Assembly: GCA_002633005.1 (NCBI GenBank)
Contig: NMRA01000275.1
Coordinates: forward strand, 506,893 to 570,892
DNA from: Phoronis australis
Lineage: Eukaryota; Animalia; Phoronida
Direction: 5' to 3'
DNA length: 64,000 nt
A program made the translations under genes and the position numbers. The notes below the pieces were generated by a model. That model saw only the letters and a program-made list of their open reading frames with translations, did no database searches and was not told the DNA's origin. Below are positions 26,539-38,486 of the stretch, one piece after another (the first letter of the stretch is position 1; every line of letters begins with the position of its first letter).

Positions 26539-27246
26539 CTGAAAGTCAAGAACATTGTATGTACAATACATGCTAAAATTAGATAAAATTACCCAGAATC
26601 CCATGCCATGGGAGCTGAGCACAAGTGGAATTCATTGTCACCGTAGCTGTCATTTGTGATTGGGATGAGAGAGAATTTATCAGTAACCTAACAAAAAAGA
26701 AACGCCAATCTAGGGTTAGCACAGGGCCCTCAATGCCCCGATTTTGGGGCCAAATATTGGCTACAAACCCTTGGGAAAAACATTCTAAAATCACCCAAAA
26801 ATACCCTCATCAGGTCCAAAAATTCCCCTTCAATGATTTTTAAAAATTCCATCTTTAAATTCACAGTCCTTCGAATTGTTGGCAATCGTGGGAGGTCCGT
26901 TCACCTACGTGAGAGAGGGTACTGTAGCCTATCGCTAAAATGCTGCGTCACCTGTCATTTTCTCTGAACGCAGCTAACCATCATCACTTGGAAAAAGCTG
27001 TGTCTGATTTTTTTGGCGAGCACTGCAACTCATGTGACAAAGGGGTCAACTGGTAACATCATTTAGTAGCTACCAGTTGTCAAAATGAAAAAAACAGAAA
27101 AAGTACCGAAAAAATAGCCTAACATTTCACCCTAATCCAATTTCAACATAGTATTGCACAAATATGGAGCTATCTCAAGGGCAATATTGGGTTACGTATG
27201 GACGAAAGGAGACCCAAGTTCCCCTGGTTGAATGTGACATTGTTCT

Positions 27247-27368
27247 CCCAAGCTCTATATGATCTGATAAGCCCATGGGATCGGCCACCCAAGGTCTATA
27301 TGACCTGATAAGCCCATGGGATCTGCCTCCCAAGGTCTATATGACTTGATAAGCCCATGGGATCGGCC
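27247..27368. repeat. 41-bp tandem repeat x3
   Basis: Unit CCCAAGGTCTATATGACCTGATAAGCCCATGGGATCGGCCA. Confidence 0.9.
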
Positions 27369-27669
27369 TTTACTTGTTTTATTACACGACCACTTATGCT
27401 TCGTTCCTCTGATTTTTTCATCTATTGGAAAGTCTTTTTAAGCTTTGATGCACTGTAATCATCTGCTCACTGACTGTAATTTGTCAGATCACAAATAACA
27501 AAATCAAATTTCTGTGCAGCTTGATTGAAAAGTGATAAGACATGGTTAGCACCACCTCTAAATAAAAATCAGAGGACTGTGGTAGTATTAACAGTATTCC
27601 ACAGCTGCAGTATCTTATAAACTTTAATATTATTCTGTCAATACCAGCTTGACTTTGTGTACACCCTAC

Positions 27670-27821
27670 CTATCCTGAGCACCATTTCCACGTCGTTGGA
27701 GCTAAGCTGGTTGATATTGAACAACCAGCCTGTTGAACCCGTCCCTGTGCTTATCGTCACCCCTGAACTCTTCTGCTTAAACGCCACAGAGTCGTCGAGG
27801 GAGATTTCATAGTAAGAGACC
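27670..27821 (-). CDS. NADK2: NADK2 coding exon (not in the ORF track)
   Basis: ttgcag acceptor, gtaggg donor. VSYYEISLDDSVAFKQKSSGVTISTGTGSTGWLFNINQL is the NAD kinase Gly-rich motif. Confidence 0.95.
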
Positions 27822-28025
27822 CTGCAATTATTTACTGCAGTTAAAATAAGTTCTGCCTTCTAACTTTCCTGAACCATTAAAGAACACTCTGTTCTTTAGC
27901 CAGCAAGTAACTTACAATAGCAACAAAAGGACAATACTTCAGTATTGAGGTTTATATCAATTTAATACTGTTGTACTATACCTGCATTGGCAATTGAAGG
28001 AACTAACTTTTTTAAGACAATTTAA

Positions 28026-28230
28026 AACTGATCTCAGCTTGTTCCTTACTCACGAAATGGTCTAAGGGCTTGGAAAGAACTGACTGTTAGTATTTGTGAT
28101 CATGCTCTGCACATAAAATGGCTGACATGACAAGCCAACTTATTGAGTCTCACCTCAAGCAATCGTAAATTCATCCAAAGCCCAGAAATTACAACTAATG
28201 CGAGTAAGGAACAAGCTCATTAACTGATTT
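28026..28230. mobile_element. MITE-like inverted-repeat element
   Basis: AGCTTGTTCCTTACTC (~28036) and its reverse complement GAGTAAGGAACAAGCT (~28202), with further inner pairing GGGCTTGGA/TCCAAAGCCC. Confidence 0.55.
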
Positions 28231-29165
28231 CATAAACTTGGTAAGTTGCCTAAATCTTTAAGATTTACAGCACCTTTAGAATTCACTTTGTCCAACTTTA
28301 AAGACATGTGCAACCTTAATTAGGTCAATCCTGAGTCACAAACTTTGAACTAAAATAAACCAAGTTAGTAGCAGTAATCATTGAACTCCATTCTGGCTAT
28401 GGTATCTCTTTACACAATTAGGAACACAAACTGTCTGTATTAAAACATAAAACACATAGTTCCACCCCAAAACAGAAAACAAACTAATTGTTTTCAAAGA
28501 CAGCATTACATGGGGCTTTAAAAAACAACTCTGCATGAAATAAACAAATAATGCGATGATGCGTGTTAAGTTGTGTATCAAAGCTCCATACAGTCCTATC
28601 TTAGAAAACCAGGAATACACTTGTGTACTTGTCATCAGGGTCACTATTAAGATGACTGGCATAGATGTATATTAAGGTGGGGATAAAAATAAAATTAAGT
28701 CCATTTTACCCTGGTGCAACCTTGAGCAAAATATGTGCAGGATATTTCATTGTAATCTATCAAGATTTTTTTCGATTGAAAGACAAAACCAATACTTCGG
28801 AAAAAATACACCCCAACAATGAAAAGTACAGAAATCAATTATTTTACAGATCAAATTTCTCATCTAAGAAAAGAGTATGGTGAGGGGAACAAAACATTTT
28901 AAGGAAGGCCTGCACGTTAAAAACTATATACTTTAAAAAGAATGGATATTTAGTCATTTAGTTGGAGTGAATTCCATAGGCTACTCAACATGTGGATTTC
29001 AACAAGAGCATGTAGGTGTAACACCTAAGATTTGATTTCCTACACACTATAATTGTGTGAAAAGGCATACAACTCATCAAAGAAAGATGTAAATATACCC
29101 CGCAGTTTGCAAGTAGTCACAGTAATCAAAGGCAAAACCCTTAAATGTCTGAGATGGCAACATAC

Positions 29166-29396
29166 TTTGAAGACAACTGCTCTCCAAAAAACACTTCATT
29201 TAATGCTAGCACCGGCAAAACCCGTTCGGGCCGTACGGGTTTGATGAATGATCCACTACTGAAGAGGTCGTCCTCCTGCTCATTTTCACCATATCGATCT
29301 TCAGGCGCCACAGCACACCGGTCCCGCAGTGAGATTGGGTCATCGTCATCATGTTTACCTGACATGGTGACACGAATCCGCTGACGCCATGACCAC
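29166..29396 (-). CDS. NADK2: NADK2 coding exon
   Basis: ttacag acceptor, gtatgt donor. WSWRQRIRVTMSG...LPVLALNEVFFGEQLSS contains the NE motif. Confidence 0.95.
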
Positions 29397-30073
29397 CTGT
29401 AATTAAAAGAAATCATAAAAACTGGCCAAAATGACCTTTTGCAGAGTGGCACAAAATCAAGCTATGACTAAATGAATAAATAAATAAATAAAATATTAAT
29501 ATGATTTTAGGCCATGTGATCTGACCAAGTTGACTGTGATGAGGAATCTAACAAATGCATAAACAAATAAATGTTAAACACATTTCAAAATTTTGAAAAT
29601 TTGTTCCTCAGTAACAGTCCTTTTGAATAAACTGCTCACTACAATGGAAGAAAGCACTAAAAATCACATTCTTTTCAAAATCTATTCAATAACATTTATC
29701 CATAATGAAACCTAGCTCGAAGGGCTGCACAATTTTACAACACAAATAGGACATAAAGCTATGTATGCCACTGATACAATTGCATTGGGAGTAATTTAAT
29801 CTCATTACAGTAATTACTTTTGTCGTTTCCAATGACTAGTACAAAACAAGGGTTACCAACTACCTAACACACCTTCACAGGCAATAACACATTGAGGGGT
29901 GACTCAGGAATCCAAGCACAAATCTTATGATAAAAAATATAAAAATTCCTGCTGTTTACGTCCCAGTCTCACATTTTAGGACACATGCATGAGGTTCCTC
30001 TTTTAAGGTCATGGTTCTTGTTTCAGAAATGCAATATTCCGGCATTATTCAAGGCATTAAGCTTTTAGCAGAC

Positions 30074-30168
30074 CTTGATCAGGGGCATTTACTTTATCAG
30101 GGGCATTTACTTGATCAGGGGCATTTACTTGATCAGGGGCATTTACTTGATCAGGGGCATTTACTTGA
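30074..30168. repeat. 18-bp tandem repeat x5 overlapping a NADK2 splice donor
   Basis: CTTGATCAGGGGCATTTA x5. On the - strand each unit contains (C/A)AA|GTAAAT. Confidence 0.95.
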
Positions 30169-30248
30169 ATTTTCCACTTGTCAGAAGTTCCATCACTGCA
30201 GGAAACGCCCGACACGAGTATTTTGGGAGACACATATATCCTTCAGAT
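30165..30248 (-). CDS. NADK2: NADK2 coding exon (84 nt, not in the ORF track)
   Basis: ttccag acceptor, gtaaat donor. (R)SEGYMCLPKYSCRAFPAVMELLTSGKF(K), homologous to SEGHLCLP in human NADK2. Confidence 0.92.
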
Positions 30249-30937
30249 CTGGAAAAAACATTTCATTTTTAAATTATTAAAAACATAGTTACGTACAAAT
30301 ATATGACATTTATACATACATACATACACACAAACATACATACAAACATACGTACAGTATAAAACACATCTTTATAATAGGGTGATCATTTTCCATCACA
30401 GAGTGTCTACTCTTAGATGTGAAGACATTCTTTGAACCCAGGCTTAAAGCATGACTGTTCATAAGGTGAAGGATCAGTTCTGTGTAATAAAAGTGTCTAT
30501 TCATAACTGTGAAGGTCTTTCAATACCAGATCAGTCCTATGTAGTATAACTGATAAATGTGAAGAATTTTCAACGCAGGTTCTCCATTTTTTGAAATTGA
30601 AAACAGGTTGGACCATGCCCGACTACAAAGGGCACTCGTGCACGAACAACCAAAGACCATCAAAGGGGTTGTTTCCTTATACTGGGGGTCTTCAAAATGG
30701 ACTGTCTCAAGAGTTTAGAGTTTGTTGTAAAGAATGGATAATTGTGAACATAGTCTGTTATGTCGCCGGTGTCAGTGTTCAGCGATTGCTGCCGGGACAT
30801 TTATATGCAAATGAACTGCTGCCATATTGTCATTTTCCTAGTTTTCATTAGGCTGATTATTTTCGCAGCAAATACTGGAAACTAGATTTCCTTTTGACAT
30901 CTACATACTACAAGCCAAGTTAACAACTGATTATTAC

Positions 30938-31108
30938 CTATCTGGGTCAGTGTTGAGTCCAATCAGCGGTTTCGTCCGCTCTTTTATCTTGCTGGCAGCG
31001 AGAAGAAATGTCCCATCACCCCCTGCTGACATCACAGCATCCGCCCAGTCTACCACATCCTGAGTGTACTCAGCTCTGGTCACAATGCGAGATTCTATAT
31101 CCAATGAC
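30938..31108 (-). CDS. NADK2: NADK2 coding exon (GGDGT motif)
   Basis: atgtag acceptor, gtaata donor. WADAVMSAGGDGTFLLAASKI...PLIGLNTDPD(R). Confidence 0.96.
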
Positions 31109-31921
31109 CTACATGGTACAAGTTCTTCAGTTATTATGCACAATAACAATATTGTCAAAGTTATATTTTTTCCATCAGTCAAAAGCTGACTACACCACTA
31201 TAGATAATGAAAATTTTACAAAGTGCTGCTTTACGGATTATGTGCAGAGATAACAATGAAGCCAAGTTCTCCTCGTTATTTTGATTGAAAAATTGACAAG
31301 ACAAAAATCCACATGTCCACCATATTGTGCGGTAAATAAGTGAAAAAGTACCATACTATAGTTTAAGAATAATTTACACAGAACTGCACTTGGTGTTAAA
31401 GACAGTATAGCGGAAGTCACTTTGCAGATACTGAATACCAAAAATAACAGTCAACCTGAAACATTACTATTTTTCTCAAAAACTTGAGGATTTGCCATGA
31501 ATGTTGAAACAAATGAGATTGTTCGATTATAGAATGGTATGCACATTTCCATATTATTTAAAAAATGCTCTCGTTGTAATAAAAAAGAAAATGTTGTGCA
31601 CTTTCAGAAAGGTTCCTTCAATCGGTAACACCAGTGCTTTCAATTAAGGGATAATTACAGCCATCCGATCTATCTCATTGTAATATTTGTCTCAATGCCT
31701 GCAAAGCATTTTTAGTGAGACCCACTATAACAATACTAAGTACAAAACCCTACAGCTTGGTGATCTGGACATGACAAACATTTAATGGATTGTCACTGGT
31801 GAGATTATACATATGCATGGTTGGAATAATACAATCTTGATGGACATCGCCCACACTTAGTACGACTTACGATGATGGATAATCTCGGAGGCAAGCGTAC
31901 AGGCCATAATTTACCACTTAC

Positions 31922-32010
31922 TGTAAACATTGTGTAATCTGCTTCAGATTGTTAACATGTGTCTTGTATCGTTGTAAAATTCGAAAATAATCAGACCCTC
32001 GTTCTTCTAA
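31922..32010 (-). CDS. NADK2: NADK2 coding exon (not in the ORF track)
   Basis: ttttcag acceptor, gtaagt donor. LEERGSDYFRILQRYKTHVNNLKQITQCL(Q); phases 0 and 2 fit. Confidence 0.9.
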
Positions 32011-32930
32011 CTGAAAAATAAAAATACATATCAGAATGTAAATAACATCTTCACAGTGAATGCTATTTTACCCCAAATCAGGCTTTTTATGTGCTCAGCT
32101 ACAGTTAACTCTGAAAACTCAACACGCTTTGCAACATAAAGCGTTAAAATCTCAGCTTCGGGCAAAAATTGCCAAAATTGACCTTTTCATTTTCCAAGGT
32201 TGAGTAAATTTTTTGTGAATGCAATTAAAAAAATATATCTAAAGACAGCTGTGGAACAGAATTTCAATATGACAAAGCATTAACCTTATGACACATCTTT
32301 TACAATGAAAAATGAAAAAATAAAATTTCACCACCATAATGTGTCCCAAATTAAAGATCTTTTACCATATGCTGAAAATTAACTAGTCCACACACAACAG
32401 TAATAGAGTACACTATACATCAAAATCAAAGGAAACTAAATCTTTAAGACATTTGACACAACTTGATAGTTACTGTAAGTGTCAACTGATGCTCAAGAAC
32501 AAAAATATATGAGTTCATTCAAACATACTCGTTACTAAATCAAGCTCTAATTAAACAGACATAAATCCACCTTCCGTCACAAAGAACAAGTTTTGATTGA
32601 GACCACTCTCATATGAAATTGATGTTAGTCAAATTAAAGAGGATTTCTGGGTTTTGCAAAAAAAAAACTGACAGTTTGTCACTGCTTTAAGTCAGGATTT
32701 ACAAGTTGGTTTGTCCCAGCATGTCATTTTACGTACCAAGCATGGTCTCAAGCAATAACGAACTGTCAGTTCTTTGCAAGCCAAGATATCCATTCTCATC
32801 TCAGTAAAGATTAAGTAGAGACCAATTTAGTAATGGTAAGCGGTTTAAGTCAAAAGTCAATTTATTGTCAAAATGCATATTTTATACTAGCCCCTTTAAG
32901 GTTTCACATGGAATAATACACCATACTCAC

Positions 32931-33162
32931 AGTGGCTTTCAGCTTGTCTTCTGACAGATGTGGATGGAGAATTTTCTCGTACTCATAACGAGTTGTTTTG
33001 GTCACGATGGCAATACGACGTGGCTGAAAGACGGGCTTTTCCACAGACTTCTTGTAGAATGACCGAACACACGGGGCATCATTCTTCTGTGCTGGATTCA
33101 AGATTTTACATAATGCAGGAAAACTTCTGGACTGTAGTAGTCTCTGCATTGAATGCATTATC
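32931..33162 (-). CDS. NADK2: NADK2 exon with putative mitochondrial presequence (ATG at 33158)
   Basis: ttccag acceptor, gtgagt donor. MHSMQRLLQSRSFPALCKIL... is followed by the conserved FQPRRIAIVTKTTRYEYEK...LSEDKLK. Confidence 0.9.
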
Positions 33163-34076
33163 CTGGAATACGTGAAAATTACAGCATTTACTCTCAGGAC
33201 ATAAAGATTTTGGGTCACGCTTGACCTGGACATACTATTCATAGTACTGACACTGTGCTGAGAGAACTAGTATGTAAGCCCATGTCTTTTGAACTATACA
33301 AGGATCATTTCAGTAAGTCTGACCATTGTGTATAAACTTTCATTGAAGTCACAACAAGACATTCTACGTAAGTAATTTTGTTGATGCGTATCTTTAACAG
33401 CAAAGATGTCATTTGTTTATATCTAGAAAGCAAAGTGAAAATGACATAATTAGTGAAAAGTATATGTTTTGGAAACAAGAAATTCATAGTTAAAACTGAA
33501 CAACAAAAAGTTAAACATGAGATGGTGTACAGTTACTGGGGCCAAAGATGCCTCGATACAAGGGGTGAATATCGGGTATGCTACCATATAAAGATTTGTG
33601 TGCGGCCCATATGACTTTGCCGTATTTAGGTGACTATTTTTAACATTTTTTTTTAGAAAAATAGATGAAAATTGTGGTCCTGCTGTGCAGCCATTTACAT
33701 GAATTTTCCAATGTTTAGTGAATGCACAGAATCAATTTTAACATCTTGGAAGGAATCTAAGTCAATTTGATGTTTTTCTTTAGTGGCGACGTTAGTGAAA
33801 AATTGTCAAATCACTGCAACACTAGTTTGGATGCATGCCAGTGACCTAGGTCGATTTTTCTACAGTGTCACCAAAACAAGATCCAAAGCCTAGAGACGAA
33901 CACAGGACCACGAAAGGTAAACAGAAAGCCAAGCTCCTCCTAAAAAGCAGGAACCCGATCCGCACGATTGAGAAAAAAATGTGTTGTGAATATACATATA
34001 GTCAAATAAAAGCCACTCTAAATCACTCACTTATGGGAAATCAGCCTTTGCTTGTCAGTTTAGACAATTGACTCAC

Positions 34077-34111
34077 ACACCAACAGCATGGATGTGATCG
34101 ACAGCAGCCAT
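34077..34111 (-). CDS. NADK2: Candidate NADK2 first coding exon (MAAVDHIHAVG-V)
   Basis: gtccATGG start and gtgagt donor at 34076-34071. The 35-nt phase-2 exon joins in frame to exon 33162. No homology support. Confidence 0.55.
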
Positions 34112-35246
34112 GGACAGGATGATCCCAACAAAGGTTCTGTTGACTTCAGATTAGTCATTCACAATTAACTTTACAAAATTGCTGAGTAATAGCCCCGTTC
34201 TCTCCTACGGTCTTATTACTTTGTTAGAGCTGTAGTGCGCAGACGACAAATGACCACACAGTGTTCCACTTCAGTGGATTGCAACTATTCTCACGCGGTA
34301 ACACCTGAAGAAGTGCGCGCGTGCAAGTTTCACGTTTTGCATCTAAGTCATGGCAAATATTATTATGGTTACAGTCCCATGCTAGCTGTCAAGTTCTGAG
34401 TCAGAAAGCAGTTTTAAAATAAGCTGTATAAATAATTTCCTAGGTGTTTTTTGTATATGGGACGTTCATGTTCGAGACTCGGTGACTCAATGACATTTTC
34501 ACTGTATGGTTATGGGGCTAGCTGTTTTATCTCGACCGCATAGTACTGATCAATTCCCGTTGCGTGAAACATGCTACGCAAAAAAGACAAGAATCAGGTG
34601 TAAGTAGACATGAGCCAGCCGTCAATAAAAAGGTAATGAACAGGTACTCTTTCCACTAGGACTCTGCACTCAGCATACAGAACAAACTGCAGGTCACATT
34701 TATCATCTTGTATTTAGTCGCAACATGCGACCTGGAATTCCCAACGTACGTGAGCCAACTTTATGGTAGAAAGTAAATACCTGGCAAACATATAGCAACT
34801 CGTGTGAATGCGGCCTTTATTTGGTTGTTGCCAAATCAAGCTGAACACTTATAGAGAACAAACAGCCCTCTCATCGACTTGTAGACATGTCCTGTCAACA
34901 TATAATTCAGAAACTATCTTTGACGCATTTCATTGGCTATTTTTGCAATTTTTGGGATATGCCGAAGAAAATTTCGGAATATGGCATAAATGTGTGACAA
35001 AACATCACAAAACAGTGATATTTCTGTTGATTCTTAAACGATCAACTTACGAAACTTTGAAAAACACATTTATTTTACATGCAAGATGTCCAGATTATCC
35101 TATTATAATATTGCCTAAAATATCGCACAGCGGCACTGGTTGGTCCCGCTGACAATCGTGACTTGGAAATGCTGTCAAGTAATATAACGGTAATATAACG
35201 ACCTCTTTCAATATGTGTCTCGTTTTTTATGGCAAAAGCGCGTACG

Positions 35247-35391
35247 CATGGGCGGCGCACCATATGGGACCGGGGAGGAGCTATAGCTCCCACTTTTTTC
35301 AGTGCTGCACTGCCTGTGGCCTATGGGCGCCGCACCGCAAGGGGGCTGGGGGGTTTTAGCCTCTCACTTTTTTCAGTGCTGTGCCGCCCAT
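35247..35391. mobile_element. MITE with CATGGGCGGC terminal inverted repeats
   Basis: CATGGGCGGCGCAC...GTGCTGTGCCGCCCATG, with an internal duplicated CACTTTTTTCAGTGCTG. A related copy lies at 17132. Confidence 0.65.
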
Positions 35392-35646
35392 GGTACTTTT
35401 AAGTCAACTGTCACTCACATATGTTGATGTCAATATAACACGCACTCCAGAGTGAGGGACTTTACGCACATGCACCACTACAAGGTCGCACATCAAAAGA
35501 GAACAGCAACAGTCCTTAGTAAAAGAGTATACCAGCGTGACTGTACTTTTAAGCTGTTGTTATAAAAGACGCAGTGCTTTACCATATTGCTCAGTTCCAA
35601 TTTTCCTCAAAACTGTCTGATTCGATATTTCCTGGCTTGATGTTCC

Positions 35647-36556
35647 NNNNNNNNNNNNNNNNNNNNNNNNNNNNNNNNNNNNNNNNNNNNNNNNNNNNNN
35701 NNNNNNNNNNNNNNNNNNNNNNNNNNNNNNNNNNNNNNNNNNNNNNNNNNNNNNNNNNNNNNNNNNNNNNNNNNNNNNNNNNNNNNNNNNNNNNNNNNNN
35801 NNNNNNNNNNNNNNNNNNNNNNNNNNNNNNNNNNNNNNNNNNNNNNNNNNNNNNNNNNNNNNNNNNNNNNNNNNNNNNNNNNNNNNNNNNNNNNNNNNNN
35901 NNNNNNNNNNNNNNNNNNNNNNNNNNNNNNNNNNNNNNNNNNNNNNNNNNNNNNNNNNNNNNNNNNNNNNNNNNNNNNNNNNNNNNNNNNNNNNNNNNNN
36001 NNNNNNNNNNNNNNNNNNNNNNNNNNNNNNNNNNNNNNNNNNNNNNNNNNNNNNNNNNNNNNNNNNNNNNNNNNNNNNNNNNNNNNNNNNNNNNNNNNNN
36101 NNNNNNNNNNNNNNNNNNNNNNNNNNNNNNNNNNNNNNNNNNNNNNNNNNNNNNNNNNNNNNNNNNNNNNNNNNNNNNNNNNNNNNNNNNNNNNNNNNNN
36201 NNNNNNNNNNNNNNNNNNNNNNNNNNNNNNNNNNNNNNNNNNNNNNNNNNNNNNNNNNNNNNNNNNNNNNNNNNNNNNNNNNNNNNNNNNNNNNNNNNNN
36301 NNNNNNNNNNNNNNNNNNNNNNNNNNNNNNNNNNNNNNNNNNNNNNNNNNNNNNNNNNNNNNNNNNNNNNNNNNNNNNNNNNNNNNNNNNNNNNNNNNNN
36401 NNNNNNNNNNNNNNNNNNNNNNNNNNNNNNNNNNNNNNNNNNNNNNNNNNNNNNNNNNNNNNNNNNNNNNNNNNNNNNNNNNNNNNNNNNNNNNNNNNNN
36501 NNNNNNNNNNNNNNNNNNNNNNNNNNNNNNNNNNNNNNNNNNNNNNNNNNNNNNNN
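35647..36556. other. Assembly gap (910 N)
   Basis: Run of N. Confidence 1.
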
Positions 36557-37382
36557 GGACCGAACAGTGCCGCAGTGCGATATTGCAAGTGATATAAATA
36601 GGATATTCTGGACATCTTGCATGAAAAATAAATGTTTTTCCACCACGAAGTTTGGTAAGGTGATCGTTTATGAATTGAAACATCGCTGTTTTGTAGCGTT
36701 TTATCACATATTTATGCCGTGGCTCGAAATTTCATTCTTGATTGACGAGTGGCACACGGCCGCTTAACCCCGATTCTTGTCTTGGGCCTACTTCTTTGCC
36801 GAGCATGTTTGGCGCAACGGCAAGTGAGCAATGCCGGGCAGTCGAGATAAAACAGCAAGCCACAGAACCATACACTGAAAATGTCATTGAGTCACGGTGT
36901 GTTGACTATAAACATCCCAAACACAAAAAACATCTGAATCAAGGTTTTCAAACTTTTATTACAACCAACTTTAAAACTGCTCTCTGACTATGAACTTGGC
37001 AGCTAGTACGAGACTGAAACCATAAATCTGACGTCTGCTATGACCTCTGCAACACGTGAAGCTTTCACGCGCGCACTTTAGCAAGATGAAATAGTTGCAA
37101 TCCAAGTAGAGGCTGCGTGGTCACTGGTCGTCTGCGCTCTACACTACAGGCCACAGGGTTAAATAACAAGACCGCAGGACGGCACGGGGCTATTACTCAG
37201 CAATTCTGTAAATTTAATAGTGAATAACTAATCTGAGGGCATGATAACCTTTGTTAGGATCATCCGCAGTTATGACATTTTTCATGTGGTGACGTGACGA
37301 TAACGCACTTTGAAAAGTGGTACGCGTTCCGAGTAGGCCTACGACTACGTGTGTGGTGTGGGTACTTAGATCACGAGGAAAG

Positions 37383-37490
37383 ATTAACCGCCCAGGGCGC
37401 TTGCCTGTCGTAATAAGCGCCCATGTACGGTTTACCGCCCACCCTGGATTTTTTGGGTTTGCAAATTTAACCGCCCAGGGCGTTAACCCG
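37383..37490. mobile_element. Fragment related to the termini of the 43239-44675 element
   Basis: Shares TAACCGCCCAGGGCGCTT and TAATAAGCGCCC motifs. Confidence 0.55.
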
Positions 37491-38486
37491 AACGTTTATG
37501 TTCATGCAACGAATCTTCAACTTACATCGTCTTCACTTCACTCACTTCATTCTTCAACACTGAAAGTGAAACAGACACGTCTAAAAACTAAATTCAAACC
37601 AAAAATTACGACAAAACTAATGAGTATTCACAATACCTGTAAATGCACAAAGATAAAAACGTGTCCCACAAAGCTGATCGGCGAGCTTCTGGAAGGTGAT
37701 AAACCGACAGAACTACAAAGCATGGGAACAGTTGCACAGGTAGCAGCGCGCAAACTTTGTTTTGACCTCTAACAAAAGTCACTAGTTTCCCTTGCAATTT
37801 ACTTTCGTAGTTTATCACAATACTAAATAAATCCAATAGATTTATAATAAATAAAATTGTAAAATGATTTTACAACCATTTTAGTGATAATAAAAATTTA
37901 CAATATACTAAATATTTGAATTCACAAGGGTCATCGCAATCATACGAAGTATATTTTGTATATTGAATTAGTGAGTATGTTGTACGTGAACTTAGAATTT
38001 TTCCTATTGTCAAGATCGTGTGTGCATGAGCTTTGAATAAAATAATGATATAGCAGTCAAGTGAAATGGTTGTTCATAGTAAAGAATTTTTGTAATTATT
38101 GGCCCACGATCACCCATTTGTGTAACCGAATGGGATGAATGTGAAAGAAAAGGGAAAGATTGGAGGAGAATTGTTAATAAATTATTGTTTGGTAAATAAG
38201 GTCTCCAATTGTTGAAAAAAGCCAATGAAGGTTGATTAAATTTATATTATTTCATTGAATTGTACTTTTCACTAGTGCAGTACAAATTTTTAACAATGTG
38301 AAAGTGATTATTTGACTAAATACGCCGAGTTTTCTAGGTATTCGAAGCTCACGCAAATACTATCTTGAGGTCACTCAAAATTCTAAGTTAAAGCACAACA
38401 CCATACACATTTGTACACGACAGCACTTCTTCGGCATTGAATGGCAATGGAATAAAGGCGTTTTAACACTATCCTAAGTCCTCAAA

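Larger units (their letters stand above)
34117..37266. repeat. Diverged inverted duplication (arms ~34117-35147 and 36557-37266) in the NADK2/SLC30A7 divergent intergenic region
   Basis: Examples: AATTGCTGAGTAATAGCCCCGT vs ACGGGGCTATTACTCAGCAATT; GTGACTCAATGACATTTTCA vs TGAAAATGTCATTGAGTCAC; CATGCAAGATGTCCAGA vs TCTGGACATCTTGCATG. Confidence 0.85.

Noticed and set aside
30011-30280. + strand ORFs with LDQGHL / IRGIYL repeats
   Set aside because: Translation of the 18-bp minisatellite, antisense to a real NADK2 exon.
35560-36767. Four 350-400 aa ORFs in the ORF track
   Set aside because: They are open only because they cross the 910-N gap.
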